Positions 1-10,677 of a DNA stretch of 64,000 nt are shown here, in pieces. Position 1 is the first letter of the stretch. Each line of letters opens with the position of its first letter. The notes under the pieces are model-generated. The model was not told where the DNA came from, did not search any database, and saw nothing but the letters and a program-made list of their open reading frames with translations. A program made the translations under genes and the position numbers. The DNA comes from Synechococcus sp. M44_DOE_062 (lineage in GTDB: Bacteria; Cyanobacteriota; Cyanobacteriia; Thermostichales; Thermostichaceae), in NCBI GenBank assembly GCA_015295985.1, contig DVDX01000032.1, positions 44,740 through 108,739 on the forward strand. The letters run 5' to 3'.

Positions 1-97
1 ATGCCGATTTGCAGTCCAGATCCGCACCTCTGAGCCACACTTGCGCCCAACCCGGCAACCGGTGGCCTAAGCTGGGAGAAGTTGTGTTTTCCTGAAT

Positions 98-781
98 GTG
101 CCCCCGCCGCCCCAGCCTTCTGTGCCAGATGACTTTCCTCCCTTGCCTCCCCCACCTTCCCGTTCCCCGGCCTTGAGGGTGGTGGAAACAGCTTTCTTAG
201 CCAGTACGGCAGCCTTGCTCTGGATCCTGAGCTACACGCCGCTGGCTCCTTTCATGCGCCTGTTTTTCCCTATCCCGGTGGCGCTGGCAGTGATGCGCTG
301 GGATCCCCGCACAGGGGCGATGGCCCTGGTGGTCTCCGGCCTGTTGCTGACGGTGCTGATGGGGCCCACGCGCAGCATTCTCTATGTCATTCCCTATGGC
401 CTGCTGGGCTATTGGTGTGCCTGCCTGTGGCAGCGGCGTCTTTCCTGGTCCATCTCGGTGGTGAGCGGGGCTGGGCTCAGCGCCCTGGGCCTGATCTTTC
501 AGTTGCTGCTTTCCTCCCTACTGGTGGGGGAAAACCTCTGGACCTACGTAACCATTCAACTCACTGGCCTGACCAACTGGCTTCTGGATGTGTCCCTCAG
601 CCGATGGGGCGTCTACTGGGTGGCAGAGCCCTGGATGGTTCAGGTGGTGGTGGTGGGATTTATTGCCTTTAATTCCCTCGTCTATGTATTTACGGTGCAT
701 TTGGTGGCCGCCCTGGTGATGGAGCACTTTCGTTGCCCGCTGCCACCCCCGCCCAAGTGGGTGCAATTTTTGCTGGATTAG
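98..781 (+). CDS. DUF2232-family membrane protein
   Basis: Pro-rich N-terminus followed by multiple hydrophobic helices; VETAFLASTAALLW and FFPIPVAL motifs typical of cyanobacterial DUF2232 proteins. Confidence 0.75.
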   Translation: MPPPPQPSVPDDFPPLPPPPSRSPALRVVETAFLASTAALLWILSYTPLAPFMRLFFPIPVALAVMRWDPRTGAMALVVSGLLLTVLMGPTRSILYVIPYGLLGYWCACLWQRRLSWSISVVSGAGLSALGLIFQLLLSSLLVGENLWTYVTIQLTGLTNWLLDVSLSRWGVYWVAEPWMVQVVVVGFIAFNSLVYVFTVHLVAALVMEHFRCPLPPPPKWVQFLLD

Positions 782-885
782 CTCCAGACCTTCCCATTGA
801 GGGATCGACAAAGACCTACGGACCGCTGACGCAAAAGGATAGACTGGTATATCCTACTCCCCTGCCTTTCTAAGATCTGGCCGCT

Positions 886-1446
886 ATGAACCCATTGCCG
901 CCCCCCGCCCACCCCTACCAGTTTCGCGCTTTGGGCCTGGTTAAGGGATCCCTGCGATCAATCCCCAAGGCCTATGCGCAAGCAATTTTGGTTGCCTCTG
1001 ACGGAGCAGAATATCCGGCTACCCCCAGACGCGCCGAGCTTCTCCGCCCCTTCAACCACTGCATCGAGAGCGGCCATACCTACTGGTACTATGTGCAGCC
1101 GCAGCCGCGTTCAGGGGGGGCTTTGGGCTTGAGCGTCATCCGCATCTTGGCCCTACCGGAAGAGGAGCAAGACCCAGAGTGGGAAGAAGAACCGTTTTTG
1201 CCTGCCCCTGAAGATGCAGAGGAAGGCTTTAACATTCGCGGTATCGTCGAGCCCCACGATGGCTTTGTTGAGGTGACTGTGCGGCGCAAGCCCCAGGGAA
1301 CCAAGCAATTTCCTCCTCTGCAATTGCGCTTGGAGGGGTTCTTGCCAGGAGCTGTGGCGGGAGAGTTTTGGGATCTGTTGGCAGAGCGAGAGGGCAACGA
1401 ACTGTGGCTGGTGGATGGTAACCGCCTGTTGACCGCAGTAGCCTAG
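886..1446 (+). CDS. Conserved cyanobacterial hypothetical protein
   Basis: 186-aa ATG ORF co-oriented with neighbours; QFRALGLVKG and FNIRGIV segments look like a cyanobacterial conserved family. Confidence 0.65.
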   Translation: MNPLPPPAHPYQFRALGLVKGSLRSIPKAYAQAILVASDGAEYPATPRRAELLRPFNHCIESGHTYWYYVQPQPRSGGALGLSVIRILALPEEEQDPEWEEEPFLPAPEDAEEGFNIRGIVEPHDGFVEVTVRRKPQGTKQFPPLQLRLEGFLPGAVAGEFWDLLAEREGNELWLVDGNRLLTAVA

Positions 1447-1503
1447 CTGTCTGGATTGGCCCCGCTTTAGAACCTTAAAATAAACCAAAGAGCTTCCCAA
1501 CCG

Positions 1504-2688
1504 ATGGTGTCTGCTGCCGGCTTATCCCAACGGGTTGCCCATCTATCCCCTTCCCCCACGTTGTCCATTGCAGCTCTGGCCAAAGCCATGCAGGCAGAGG
1601 GGCTGGATGTGTGTGGCTTGAGCGCAGGCGAGCCCGATTTCGATACGCCTGACCACATTCGAGCCGCGGCCATCCGTGCTCTGGAAGAGGGCAAGACCCG
1701 CTATGGCCCCACCGCTGGGATCCCCGCCCTCCGCCAAGCAGTGGCCGACAAGCTGCGGCAGGAAAACGGCCTACAGTTCAGCCGCGACCAGATCCTGATC
1801 AGCAACGGCGGCAAGCAAACCCTGTTTAACCTGGCCATGGTGCTGCTGGATCCCGGCGATGAAGTGATCCTGCCTGTTCCCTACTGGGTCAGCTACCCCG
1901 AAATTGCGGCTTTGGCAGGGGCAAAGGTTGTGCGGGTGCAGACGGAAGAAGCCCAGGGGTTCAAGCTCACCGCCACCCAACTGCGCCAGGCCCTCACTCC
2001 CCGCAGCAAGCTGCTGATTCTCAACTCGCCGGCCAACCCTACCGGTGCCGTTTACCATCCGCACGAGCTAGCAGCTCTGGCAGAGGTGATCCTCTCGGCC
2101 CCCAATCTATACGTGATCTGCGACGAGATCTACGAAAAGCTGGTTTACGGACAGGCCCGCCATATCAGCCTGGGATCCCTTTGCCCTGACTTGATGCCGC
2201 GCCTGGTTCTCAGCAGTGGCTTCGCCAAAGCCTATGCCATGACTGGCTGGCGGGTGGGCTACTTGGCCGGGCCCAAGCCCATCATCGAGGCGGCCATCAA
2301 CCTGCAAAGCCACAGCACCTCTAATGTATGCACCTTTGCCCAGTACGGCGCTCTGGAAGCCCTGACCAGCCCCCTATCGGCAGCGGCTGTGGAAAAAATG
2401 CGCCAAGAATTCTGGCAGCGGCGAGATCTGCTGCTGGAGGGGATCCGCACCTTGCCGAGGGTGACTTGCCCAGAGCCAGAAGGTGCATTTTATGTGTTTG
2501 TCAACATCGGCCAAACCGGGTTAAATTCAGTGGAGTTTTGCCGGCGGCTGCTCAAGGAACACCATGTGGCTGCCGTGCCGGGGGTGGCTTTTGGGGCAGA
2601 TTCCTACATCCGCCTTTCTTACGCCGCCGACCGCATCACCCTCGAAAAAGGGCTGCAGCGGCTGCACCGGTTTATGTCTTCCCTCTGA
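1504..2688 (+). CDS. aspC: Aspartate aminotransferase (PLP class I/II)
   Basis: GEPDFDTP, NSPANPTG, DEIY, GFAKAYAMTGWRVGY motifs. Confidence 0.9.
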   Translation: MVSAAGLSQRVAHLSPSPTLSIAALAKAMQAEGLDVCGLSAGEPDFDTPDHIRAAAIRALEEGKTRYGPTAGIPALRQAVADKLRQENGLQFSRDQILISNGGKQTLFNLAMVLLDPGDEVILPVPYWVSYPEIAALAGAKVVRVQTEEAQGFKLTATQLRQALTPRSKLLILNSPANPTGAVYHPHELAALAEVILSAPNLYVICDEIYEKLVYGQARHISLGSLCPDLMPRLVLSSGFAKAYAMTGWRVGYLAGPKPIIEAAINLQSHSTSNVCTFAQYGALEALTSPLSAAAVEKMRQEFWQRRDLLLEGIRTLPRVTCPEPEGAFYVFVNIGQTGLNSVEFCRRLLKEHHVAAVPGVAFGADSYIRLSYAADRITLEKGLQRLHRFMSSL

Positions 2689-2812
2689 GGCTCGAAAAGA
2701 GCGGATGGATCCCTGTGGGCCATCCCCAGCGGCGGGATCCCTATCTGAAGTGTGAACACTATTGCTTAACCCTAGCTATAGCGTTAGGGGATGGGCTACG
2801 AGGGGATAACTC

Positions 2813-3613
2813 ATGTCTGGCAGAACGGCGCTCGTCATCACCGTTGCCTGTTTGAGTGGGGGATCCGGAAAGACCACAGCCGCCCTCAACCTGGCCATCA
2901 TGCTGGCCGAGCATGGCAAGACGCTGGCCGTTGACTTTGACCCCCAGGGCAACTTAAGCCAGTGGATGGGCTGGACGGATCTGTCGGAGTCGGCCACCAT
3001 TGCCGAGACAATTCTGCCGGGGGCGGATCGGGTTCACATTCGAGAGATTATCCGTCCACCGTTGAATGAGGATCGCCAGGAGCGGCTGTGGTTGGCCCCC
3101 AGCGATTACAGCCTCTCGCGGGCTATGGATGCGATTGTGATGGAGCCGGGGCGGGAGCTGTTTTTGAAGCGGGCTTTGCGACCGATTTTGCCGGAGTATG
3201 ACTTTTTGGTCATCGATAGCCCCCCCTCAAAAGGGTTGCTCACCTACAACAGCATTCTCAGCGCCGATCTGTTGGTGGTGCCGACGGAATGTACCCAAAA
3301 GGGGGTGATGGGGGCCCTCAGTACCCTGGTGCTGCTCAAAGAATTGGAAGAGCTGGATTTTCATGTGCCCAAGTTTCTGGGGGTGCTCCCCACACGGGAA
3401 CAATGGGTGGGCAATAACCGCACCAAAATGTCGCGGGCCGCAGTGGAAGCCCTGGCGGAAATGATGCAAGGGATCCCCATTTTTACGCCGGTGCGGCAAA
3501 GTACAGTGGTTCAGCAAACCAACAGCATGGGCTGGTCGTTGGCGGAGGCGGGGGAAGATCTCCTGGCCCAACCTTATCGCGAGATCCTCAAGGCTGTGCT
3601 GGAGGCCCGCTAA
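2813..3613 (+). CDS. ParA/MinD-family ATPase lacking the signature lysine (McdA type-1-like)
   Basis: Deviant Walker A SGGSGKTT (Ser where KGGxGKT has Lys), DFDPQGN, IDSPP, ECTQKG, GVLPTREQW. Confidence 0.85.
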   Translation: MSGRTALVITVACLSGGSGKTTAALNLAIMLAEHGKTLAVDFDPQGNLSQWMGWTDLSESATIAETILPGADRVHIREIIRPPLNEDRQERLWLAPSDYSLSRAMDAIVMEPGRELFLKRALRPILPEYDFLVIDSPPSKGLLTYNSILSADLLVVPTECTQKGVMGALSTLVLLKELEELDFHVPKFLGVLPTREQWVGNNRTKMSRAAVEALAEMMQGIPIFTPVRQSTVVQQTNSMGWSLAEAGEDLLAQPYREILKAVLEAR

Positions 3614-3614
3614 C

Positions 3615-4460
3615 ATGGCTACCGCCAAGAAGCCTCCCAAAAAAAAATTGCCCACCGGTCCCACCAAGGCGGATCTGCTCTCCCGCATAGGGGTGAATAG
3701 GCAGCCAGAGCCGATGGAGCCTACACCTACGGCTGCCGACTGCGTCGATGCTCCGCACCGTCCAAAAGACGACAGGGGGACGGATTTCCTGGATCTGTCT
3801 CACCCTGCGGCATTAGATGTTGAGCCCCGTTCATCTCTAGCGGCCTCGTCCCGTCTGGGCCGCCCTGCCATAACCCCGCCAGAGGTAGGGCCGATGCCTC
3901 TCCTGGCCGGTGCGCTCTCCCCACCCGAAGCTCCTTCTCGGGATAAGGATCTTGATGCCGATCCCTTGTCCAACTTGTTGCCCGCTCCAATTGAGGTGGG
4001 AAGTGTTGCCCCACCGTCCCAGGTCAGTCCGGCCAAACGGGCCGATACTCCCCTGCCAACCGAAGAGACAGCCGAGCTTTTGACCTCTGCTACCGCCTGC
4101 ACCGGTATTGGGGTTCACTGCAATGGCACCCACAATGGCCATGCTGCCCAGTCGGATCCCCGTGAGGCTCTGGATGCACAACTGGGCCTGCAAAAGCTCA
4201 CCCTCAAATGGTCTGTCGAGAGGGTGGAAAAGCTGGGATCCCTGGAAAGCGCCACCGGTCTACCGGGCGAGATTTTGCTGGAAGTCCTGCTGGACCACTG
4301 GGAACAATTGCCCAAGCCCTTGCAGCAAGATTGCCTCATGCAAGCCCACCGCATTCGCGTCGAACGGCTGGTGATCAGCCAAAACTTCACCATTGCCACG
4401 ATTGAGCAACTGCTGTTCACGTCAGCACTGCGCAACAACAACGAGCAGCATCTGCTTTGA
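3615..4460 (+). CDS. ParA partner protein, McdB-like (basic N-terminus, long disordered region, helical C-terminus)
   Basis: Starts 2 nt after the ParA stop; KKPPKKK N-terminus, Pro/Ser/Ala-rich middle, Q/E/L-rich helical C-terminus; no ParB nuclease or HTH motif seen. Confidence 0.7.
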   Translation: MATAKKPPKKKLPTGPTKADLLSRIGVNRQPEPMEPTPTAADCVDAPHRPKDDRGTDFLDLSHPAALDVEPRSSLAASSRLGRPAITPPEVGPMPLLAGALSPPEAPSRDKDLDADPLSNLLPAPIEVGSVAPPSQVSPAKRADTPLPTEETAELLTSATACTGIGVHCNGTHNGHAAQSDPREALDAQLGLQKLTLKWSVERVEKLGSLESATGLPGEILLEVLLDHWEQLPKPLQQDCLMQAHRIRVERLVISQNFTIATIEQLLFTSALRNNNEQHLL

Positions 4461-4737
4461 GTTCTGGCCTGGAAAATTCTCCCTCAAGATCTCCGTCGGT
4501 AGGCTAGACAACAGGGATCCCTGTTCCTGTGCTAGGGTCAAGATGGTTCTGTTGGCTTTTCCCGCTTTTCGGCCTGTGCTCTCTCCCCCCTGCTACCTGG
4601 CGGCAACCGAAGCCCATTATCATCAAGTGCATTATTCACCCTACTTCTTACTTTTGTTTTTCTATCTTCTCCGTATTTCTCCCATCGTTTAGGGGACAGC
4701 ATTGCAACGGCATCTTCTTTAAAACGACCAGGTTGTA

Positions 4738-6381
4738 GTGGAGCGGCAACAGTTGATGAAAGATCTTGATTTGACCAAAGCTGTAGAGCAACGGCGTACC
4801 TTTGCCATCATTTCCCACCCCGATGCCGGGAAGACCACCCTCACCGAAAAGCTGCTGTTGTACGGGGGGGCGATTCAAGAAGCGGGGGCTGTGAAGGCCC
4901 GTCGGGCGCAAAAGCGGGTCACTTCCGACTGGATGGAACTGGAAAAGCAGAGGGGTATTTCCATCACCTCTACCGTCCTGCAATTTGATTACCGCAACAT
5001 CCGTCTCAATCTGCTCGATACTCCCGGCCACCAAGACTTCAGCGAAGATACCTATCGTACCCTGGCAGCGGCTGACAATGCTGTGATGCTGGAAGATGCC
5101 GGCAAAGGGTTGGAAACCCAGACCCGCAAGCTGTTTGAAGTGTGTCAGATGCGGGGACTACCGATTTTTACCTTTATCAACAAGATGGATCGCCCAAGCC
5201 GGGATCCCTTAGAGCTGATGGATGAAATTGAGACGGAACTGGGCCTCAAGCCCTATCCTGTCAACTGGCCGATTGGCTCAGGCGAGCGGTTTACTGCCCT
5301 ATTTGACCGTCGGACTCAGGAGTTTCATTTCTTTGAGCGGGTATCTGGGGGGCGGCTAAAAGTTCAAGATACCGTTATTAAACTTGGGGATCCACAAATT
5401 GAAGAGTTGATCGACAAAGACTTGTATTACCGATTCAAGGAAGAGCTGGAACTGCTGGATGGTCTCATGCCCAGCTTGGATCTAAAACAGGTGCATTCCG
5501 GCAAACAAACCCCGGTCTTTTTCGGCAGCGCCATGACCAATTTTGGGGTGGAGCTTTTTCTCAATGCGTTTTTGGAGTATTCCTTACCGCCAATGCCTCA
5601 CGAGAGCACTGCCGGACTGATCCCGCCCGAACATCCTGAGTTTACGGGCTTTGTCTTTAAGCTGCAGGCCAACATGGATCCCCGTCATCGGGATCGCGTC
5701 GCTTTTGTACGCATCTGCTCCGGCAAGTTCGAGAAGGATATGGTGGTCAACCATGCCCGACTCAATCGTTCGATCCGTCTATCCTATCCCCAGAAATTGT
5801 TTGCTCAAGAGCGCATCTCTATCGACGAAGCTTACCCTGGGGATGTGATCGGCTTGAATAATCCCGGTATCTTCACGATTGGAGATACCATCTACACCGG
5901 CCCGAAATTGCGCTACGCCGGGATCCCTAGCTTTTCTCCTGAGCTGTTTGCCTACTTGAAAAATCCCAATCCTTCTAAGTTTAAGCAGTTCCAGAAGGGG
6001 GTAGCGGAACTGCGGGAAGAAGGGGCTGTGCAAATCATGTACTCTATCGACGATTCCAAACGGGATCCGATTGTGGCAGCAGTGGGCCAATTGCAGTTTG
6101 AGGTTTTGCAGTACCGCCTTGAAAGTGAATACAATGTCGAAACCCGACTGGAGATGTTGCCCTACACCCTGGCCCGCTGGGTCGAGAATGGCTGGAAGGT
6201 GCTGGAGAACATCCCCAGCTTGTTTAACACCCTCATTGTCAAAGATATTCAAGACAGGCCCGTTCTTTTGTTTAAGAATGAGTGGACTTTGCAGCAGTTT
6301 ATTGCCAGCAACCCCAAAATCAAGCTCAGCAAAGTTGCCCCTCTCTCGGATCTCAGCCCAGAATCCGGTAGCGGCCAATAG
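4738..6381 (+). CDS. prfC: Peptide chain release factor 3
   Basis: [49 protein letters not shown]. Confidence 0.97.
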   Translation: MERQQLMKDLDLTKAVEQRRTFAIISHPDAGKTTLTEKLLLYGGAIQEAGAVKARRAQKRVTSDWMELEKQRGISITSTVLQFDYRNIRLNLLDTPGHQDFSEDTYRTLAAADNAVMLEDAGKGLETQTRKLFEVCQMRGLPIFTFINKMDRPSRDPLELMDEIETELGLKPYPVNWPIGSGERFTALFDRRTQEFHFFERVSGGRLKVQDTVIKLGDPQIEELIDKDLYYRFKEELELLDGLMPSLDLKQVHSGKQTPVFFGSAMTNFGVELFLNAFLEYSLPPMPHESTAGLIPPEHPEFTGFVFKLQANMDPRHRDRVAFVRICSGKFEKDMVVNHARLNRSIRLSYPQKLFAQERISIDEAYPGDVIGLNNPGIFTIGDTIYTGPKLRYAGIPSFSPELFAYLKNPNPSKFKQFQKGVAELREEGAVQIMYSIDDSKRDPIVAAVGQLQFEVLQYRLESEYNVETRLEMLPYTLARWVENGWKVLENIPSLFNTLIVKDIQDRPVLLFKNEWTLQQFIASNPKIKLSKVAPLSDLSPESGSGQ

Positions 6382-6558
6382 ATCAACCCAAGAGAATCTT
6401 TCTCTGGGGGGCCTCAGGTTTCGATATTCAACTGAGATGCCATCAGTCTCTACAGTAGCTGTGTTGACATTCTTGGATTTCTGAGCAAACCCTTCATGCA
6501 GATCGCAGGAATTCTCACATCTTTTTCTTGCATCTTCTAGGGCTTGAGTGAGTGAACC

Positions 6559-7794
6559 ATGCCTTCTTTCTCCAATATGGGATCCAATTCTCCTCGCTTT
6601 AGCTATGCCCTCAGCGCCGATGCACCGCTTTGCGAACGCTCGTTGTGGGGACTGGATCCGCAGACCGTTTTTTTGAATCACGGCTCCTATGGCGCGACCC
6701 CGAAAAAGGTGTTGCAGGCCCAGAGTGCCTGGCGGGAACGCCTGGAGGCTCAGCCGGTGCAGTTTATGGGAGAGGAACTTCCCCGAGCTTTGCGGGCGGC
6801 AGCAGCAGAGCTGGCCCATTTTGTCGGCGCTGAACCTGAAAATCTGGTGTTTGTGGAAAATGCCACCAGCGGGGTGAATGCTGTTTTGCGCTCGCTGCGG
6901 TTCCGGCCAGGGGATCAGATCGCCTGCACCAACCACGGCTACGGGGCTGTTCGCCAGGCGCTACAGTATGTCTATGCCCAGTGGGGAGCCATCCCGGTTG
7001 AGGCGCAGATCCCTTTTCCCATTGCAGGGCCGGAGCAGGTTATCGCCGCCTTCGAGACTATCCTCACCCCCCAAACCCGTTTGGCGGTCTTGGATCACCT
7101 CACCTCGCCCACCGCTCTGATCTACCCACTGCCCGAGCTGATCGGCCTCTGTCGGGAGCGCGGGATCCCGGTTTTGGTAGATGGCGCCCATGCCCCCGGA
7201 GTTCTCCCCTTGGAGTTGGAAAGGTTGGGGGCTGATTGGTACACCGGCAATGCCCACAAGTGGCTGTTTGCCCCCAAAGGCTGCGCTTTTTTGTGGGTGG
7301 CCCCCCACCGACAGGCCCAAACCCATCCTACGGTGATCTCCCACGGCTTTGGGCAAGGGTTCACAGCCGAGTTCGACTGGGTGGGTACACGGGATCCCAG
7401 CGCTTGGTTGGCCGTTTCAGCAGCCCTGGCGTTTATCCAGGAGTTGGGGCTAGACAATATCCGTCAGCACAACCACACTCTGCTGCTCCAGGCGCGGCAG
7501 TTGCTCTTGGATACCCTTGGAGGGATCCCACCCGCCCCTGAAGAAATGTTGGGTTTCATGGCCACCCTACCCTTGCCGCCCTTTTGGCAACAGTGGATCC
7601 CAGAGCTGCCTCTTGGGGAACGCGCCCGTCGGCTGCACGATTGCCTATGGCACAGGTACCGCATTGAGGTTCCGATCATCCCCTTTGCCGGGCAGCTTTG
7701 GGTACGCATCTCAGCCCAGGTCTACAACCATTGGGCAGAGTACGAACAGTTGGCGCTGGCCTTGCAGCGTCCGCCGCAGAGTTTTCCCGGCTGA
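6559..7794 (+). CDS. Class V PLP enzyme (isopenicillin-N epimerase / hercynylcysteine sulfoxide lyase / cysteine desulfhydrase-like)
   Basis: FLNHGSYGATP, VDGAHAPG, GNAHKWLFAPKG (PLP lysine). Confidence 0.8.
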   Translation: MPSFSNMGSNSPRFSYALSADAPLCERSLWGLDPQTVFLNHGSYGATPKKVLQAQSAWRERLEAQPVQFMGEELPRALRAAAAELAHFVGAEPENLVFVENATSGVNAVLRSLRFRPGDQIACTNHGYGAVRQALQYVYAQWGAIPVEAQIPFPIAGPEQVIAAFETILTPQTRLAVLDHLTSPTALIYPLPELIGLCRERGIPVLVDGAHAPGVLPLELERLGADWYTGNAHKWLFAPKGCAFLWVAPHRQAQTHPTVISHGFGQGFTAEFDWVGTRDPSAWLAVSAALAFIQELGLDNIRQHNHTLLLQARQLLLDTLGGIPPAPEEMLGFMATLPLPPFWQQWIPELPLGERARRLHDCLWHRYRIEVPIIPFAGQLWVRISAQVYNHWAEYEQLALALQRPPQSFPG

Positions 7795-7944
7795 ACAGAC
7801 TTCACGACATTGCAAGTATGGTTGTTTCGCCTACCGGTAACCTGCAAACTTAGAGAGGCAAAGCGCTTTCCCTTGGGTTGGGGGTGCTCGAAGAGTTCGG
7901 CTAGAGTCAGATCAGTGGCTGTATTAACGTCTCGGCGGATCCCC

Positions 7945-10626
7945 ATGCTCTCTCTGGCTGCAACTGAACCTCATCTGAGTCCCATCGATCTGGATCGCCT
8001 GCTCACCTCTGAGATTCAGCGGCCAGCCCGCTACTTGGGCAAAGAGTTCGGTGCTGTCCACCGTCCTTGGGATTCGGCACGGGTGCGTTGGGTGCTGAGC
8101 TACCCGGAGCTGTACGAGGTGGGAGCTTCCAACCTGGGCCACCTCATCCTCTACAACATCCTCAACGCTCAGCCGGATCAATTGTGTGACCGCACCTACT
8201 TGCCAGGCCCGGATCTGGCTGCCCGCCTGCGGCAGTTGGGGATCCCGCTGTTTGCCGTGGAGTCCCGCCGCCCTCTGCGCGCCTTTCACATCATCGGCTT
8301 CAGCCTGGCCTATGAGTTGGGGGGCACCAACATTCTGGAGATGCTGGATCTGGCTGGGATCCCGCTCAGGTGGTCAGAACGGCAACCCTTCACCCCGGAA
8401 GAGTGCCCTCTGATCTTTGCCGGTGGGCCGACCGCCACTTCCAACCCAGAGCCCTTTGCCGACTTTTTCGATTTCTTCGTCTTTGGAGATGGAGAAGAGG
8501 TGCTACCGGAGATCGGCAGGGTGCTGGCCGGATCCCTGTCCAAGCCTCGCCGGACGGTGTTGCTGGAGCTGGCGCAGGTACCGGGGGTGTATGTGCCCCA
8601 GTTTTATGATGGGATCCCGCCCCGACCCATCGTACCTGGGGTGCCGGAGCGTGTCCGCCGTCGGGTGGCCCTGCCCCAACCGCAATACGCCGTCGGCCTG
8701 GTGCCTTTGGTGGAAACCGTCCACGACCGCCTGGTGGTGGAAGTGCGGCGGGGCTGCACACGGGGCTGCCGGTTTTGCCAGCCAGGAATGCTCACCCGCC
8801 CAGCGCGGGATGTGGATCCGGAAGCAGTGGTGGAAGCGGTGGTGCAGGGTTTGCGCAAAACCGGCTACAACGAGTTTTCCCTCTCTTCTCTCAGTTGCTC
8901 CGACTACCTTTCCCTGCCGGCGGTGGGAGCGGAGCTGCACAACCGTCTCCTCAGAGAACACATTGCCCTTTCCCTGCCCAGCCAGCGGGTGGATCGTTTT
9001 GATGAGCAAATTGCCGCCATCATGAAGGGATCCCGCCGCTCCGGCCTCACCTTTGCCCCCGAAGCCGGCACCCAACGGCTGCGGGACATCATCAACAAGG
9101 GCCTTACCGACGCCGACTTGATTCGCGGCATTCGCACCGCCGCCCAGGAGGGCTGGGACAAAATTAAGCTCTACTTCATGATTGGGCTGCCCGGCGAGAC
9201 CGATGCCGATGTGATTGGGATCGCCCGCACCGTCGAGATGTTGCAGCGAGAATGTGCTGCTGTAGGCCGCAAGCGGGTGGAATTTACCCTCACCCTCTCC
9301 AACTTCACCCCCAAGCCTCACACCCCCTTCCAGTGGCACCGGGTGGACTACGCCGACGTGCAGCGGAAGCAGGCCCTGTTGCAAAAGGAGCTACGCCGAC
9401 TGCGGGGAGTCAAGGCCCACTTCACCGATATCCGTTTCAGCATCCTGGAAGACTTCATCGGCAAAGGGGATCGTTCCCTGGGCCGCATGATCGAGCGGGC
9501 CTGGCGGGCCGGTGCTGGCATGGATGCCTGGTGGGAAAACATCGATGCTGCCTACGCTGCCTGGGTGAGGGCCTATGGCGGCGAAGAGGTGGATCCCAGC
9601 GCCGATCCGGTCGCCCTCTGCGCCCATCTCCCCATCCGAGAATTGGGCCTGGAGGATCCCTTGCCCTGGGATCATATCGATACCGGCATTGACAAAAAGT
9701 GGCTGCAAAAAGACTACCGCCGCGCCCTGGAAGCCCTCACCGTGGAAGACTGCTCCTTTGAGGGCTGTTCCGCCTGCGGCATTTGCGGCCCCGGCTTCGG
9801 CCACAACATCGTCATTCCCCCCCCGCCCGTCCCACCCCTGCAGAGCCAACCCGCCCCCACCCCCGATCCCCTAGAGCCAGAGCCGGCAGCCCAGCGCTTT
9901 CGCATCACCTACGGCAAAACCGGGGATCTGCGCTGGCTGGGCCACCTGGATCTGATGCGTTTGTGGGAACGAGCCTGTCGGCGAGCAGGGTTACCTCTGG
10001 CCTTCAGCGGCGGCTACCACCCCATGCCCCGCTTGGCCAACGCCAATGCCCTGCCCATCGGCCAAGAAGGCTATGGTGAAATTCTGGATCTGGAACTCCT
10101 GGCTCGTCCCGGGGATCCCTTCACCGCCGCCGAACTGCGGGCTCTTCTGGCCGAACAACTGCCCCTCGAGATCCCCATTCAAGCTGTCCAAGAAATTGGC
10201 CTACGGGATCCCTCTGCCACCGAAGCCGTTTACGCTGCCGAATATCAGCTCACGGTGAGCTGCGAGCTGCCCGAAACCATTTGCGTCAGCGGGATGGAGT
10301 CCTCTTGGCCCGCCTGGGTTACCCAGATTCTGGATGCGCAGGAAATCTGGATTGAAAAAACCTCCAAGTCCGGCAAGCCCTCTCCCTTCAATGCCCGCGC
10401 TCTGCTCTACTACCTAGAGTTTCAGGGCTGGACCCCCGAGGGCAGCGCTCGCCTCCTTTACCGGGGCAGTTGCCGCAACGACGGCGCCTACCTGCGGCCC
10501 ACCCATCTGGTGCAGATGGCCGAGGCATTGGGGTTACCCCGCTGGACACTCCAGACGGCAAAGCGGCTGCGTCTATTGTGGGAGAACCCCGTATCCGATA
10601 AAATTGAGGACTGCCTACGGGAGTAA
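7945..10626 (+). CDS. B12-binding radical SAM protein (TIGR03960-like) fused to a DUF2344/TIGR03936 domain
   Basis: CxxxCxxC motif RGCTRGCRFCQ, YPELYEVGASNLG, CxxCxxC near the C-terminus, then RWLGHLDLMRLWERACRRAGLP (DUF2344); ATG at 7945 preferred over the upstream TTG. Confidence 0.88.
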   Translation: MLSLAATEPHLSPIDLDRLLTSEIQRPARYLGKEFGAVHRPWDSARVRWVLSYPELYEVGASNLGHLILYNILNAQPDQLCDRTYLPGPDLAARLRQLGIPLFAVESRRPLRAFHIIGFSLAYELGGTNILEMLDLAGIPLRWSERQPFTPEECPLIFAGGPTATSNPEPFADFFDFFVFGDGEEVLPEIGRVLAGSLSKPRRTVLLELAQVPGVYVPQFYDGIPPRPIVPGVPERVRRRVALPQPQYAVGLVPLVETVHDRLVVEVRRGCTRGCRFCQPGMLTRPARDVDPEAVVEAVVQGLRKTGYNEFSLSSLSCSDYLSLPAVGAELHNRLLREHIALSLPSQRVDRFDEQIAAIMKGSRRSGLTFAPEAGTQRLRDIINKGLTDADLIRGIRTAAQEGWDKIKLYFMIGLPGETDADVIGIARTVEMLQRECAAVGRKRVEFTLTLSNFTPKPHTPFQWHRVDYADVQRKQALLQKELRRLRGVKAHFTDIRFSILEDFIGKGDRSLGRMIERAWRAGAGMDAWWENIDAAYAAWVRAYGGEEVDPSADPVALCAHLPIRELGLEDPLPWDHIDTGIDKKWLQKDYRRALEALTVEDCSFEGCSACGICGPGFGHNIVIPPPPVPPLQSQPAPTPDPLEPEPAAQRFRITYGKTGDLRWLGHLDLMRLWERACRRAGLPLAFSGGYHPMPRLANANALPIGQEGYGEILDLELLARPGDPFTAAELRALLAEQLPLEIPIQAVQEIGLRDPSATEAVYAAEYQLTVSCELPETICVSGMESSWPAWVTQILDAQEIWIEKTSKSGKPSPFNARALLYYLEFQGWTPEGSARLLYRGSCRNDGAYLRPTHLVQMAEALGLPRWTLQTAKRLRLLWENPVSDKIEDCLRE

Positions 10627-10671
10627 CCAAAGAGCCAAGGGCCTATCTGGGCTGAGGGATCCCACAAGCGC

Positions 10672-10677
10672 TATAAT
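10672..10677 (+). promoter_or_regulatory. Putative -10 box (TATAAT) for a long-leader rne-rnhB transcript
   Basis: Perfect TATAAT 46 nt after the radical SAM stop and about 660 nt upstream of the rne ATG. Confidence 0.45.

Noticed and set aside
3615-4460. ParB/parS chromosome partition module
   Set aside because: No ParB nuclease domain, GxxR motif or HTH, and no parS palindrome seen nearby
5779-6936. Long antisense ORFs (e.g. 5779-6936, 8503-9384, 11336-12586, 59089-60444)
   Set aside because: Shadow frames of well-supported genes in high-GC DNA, with no family motifs
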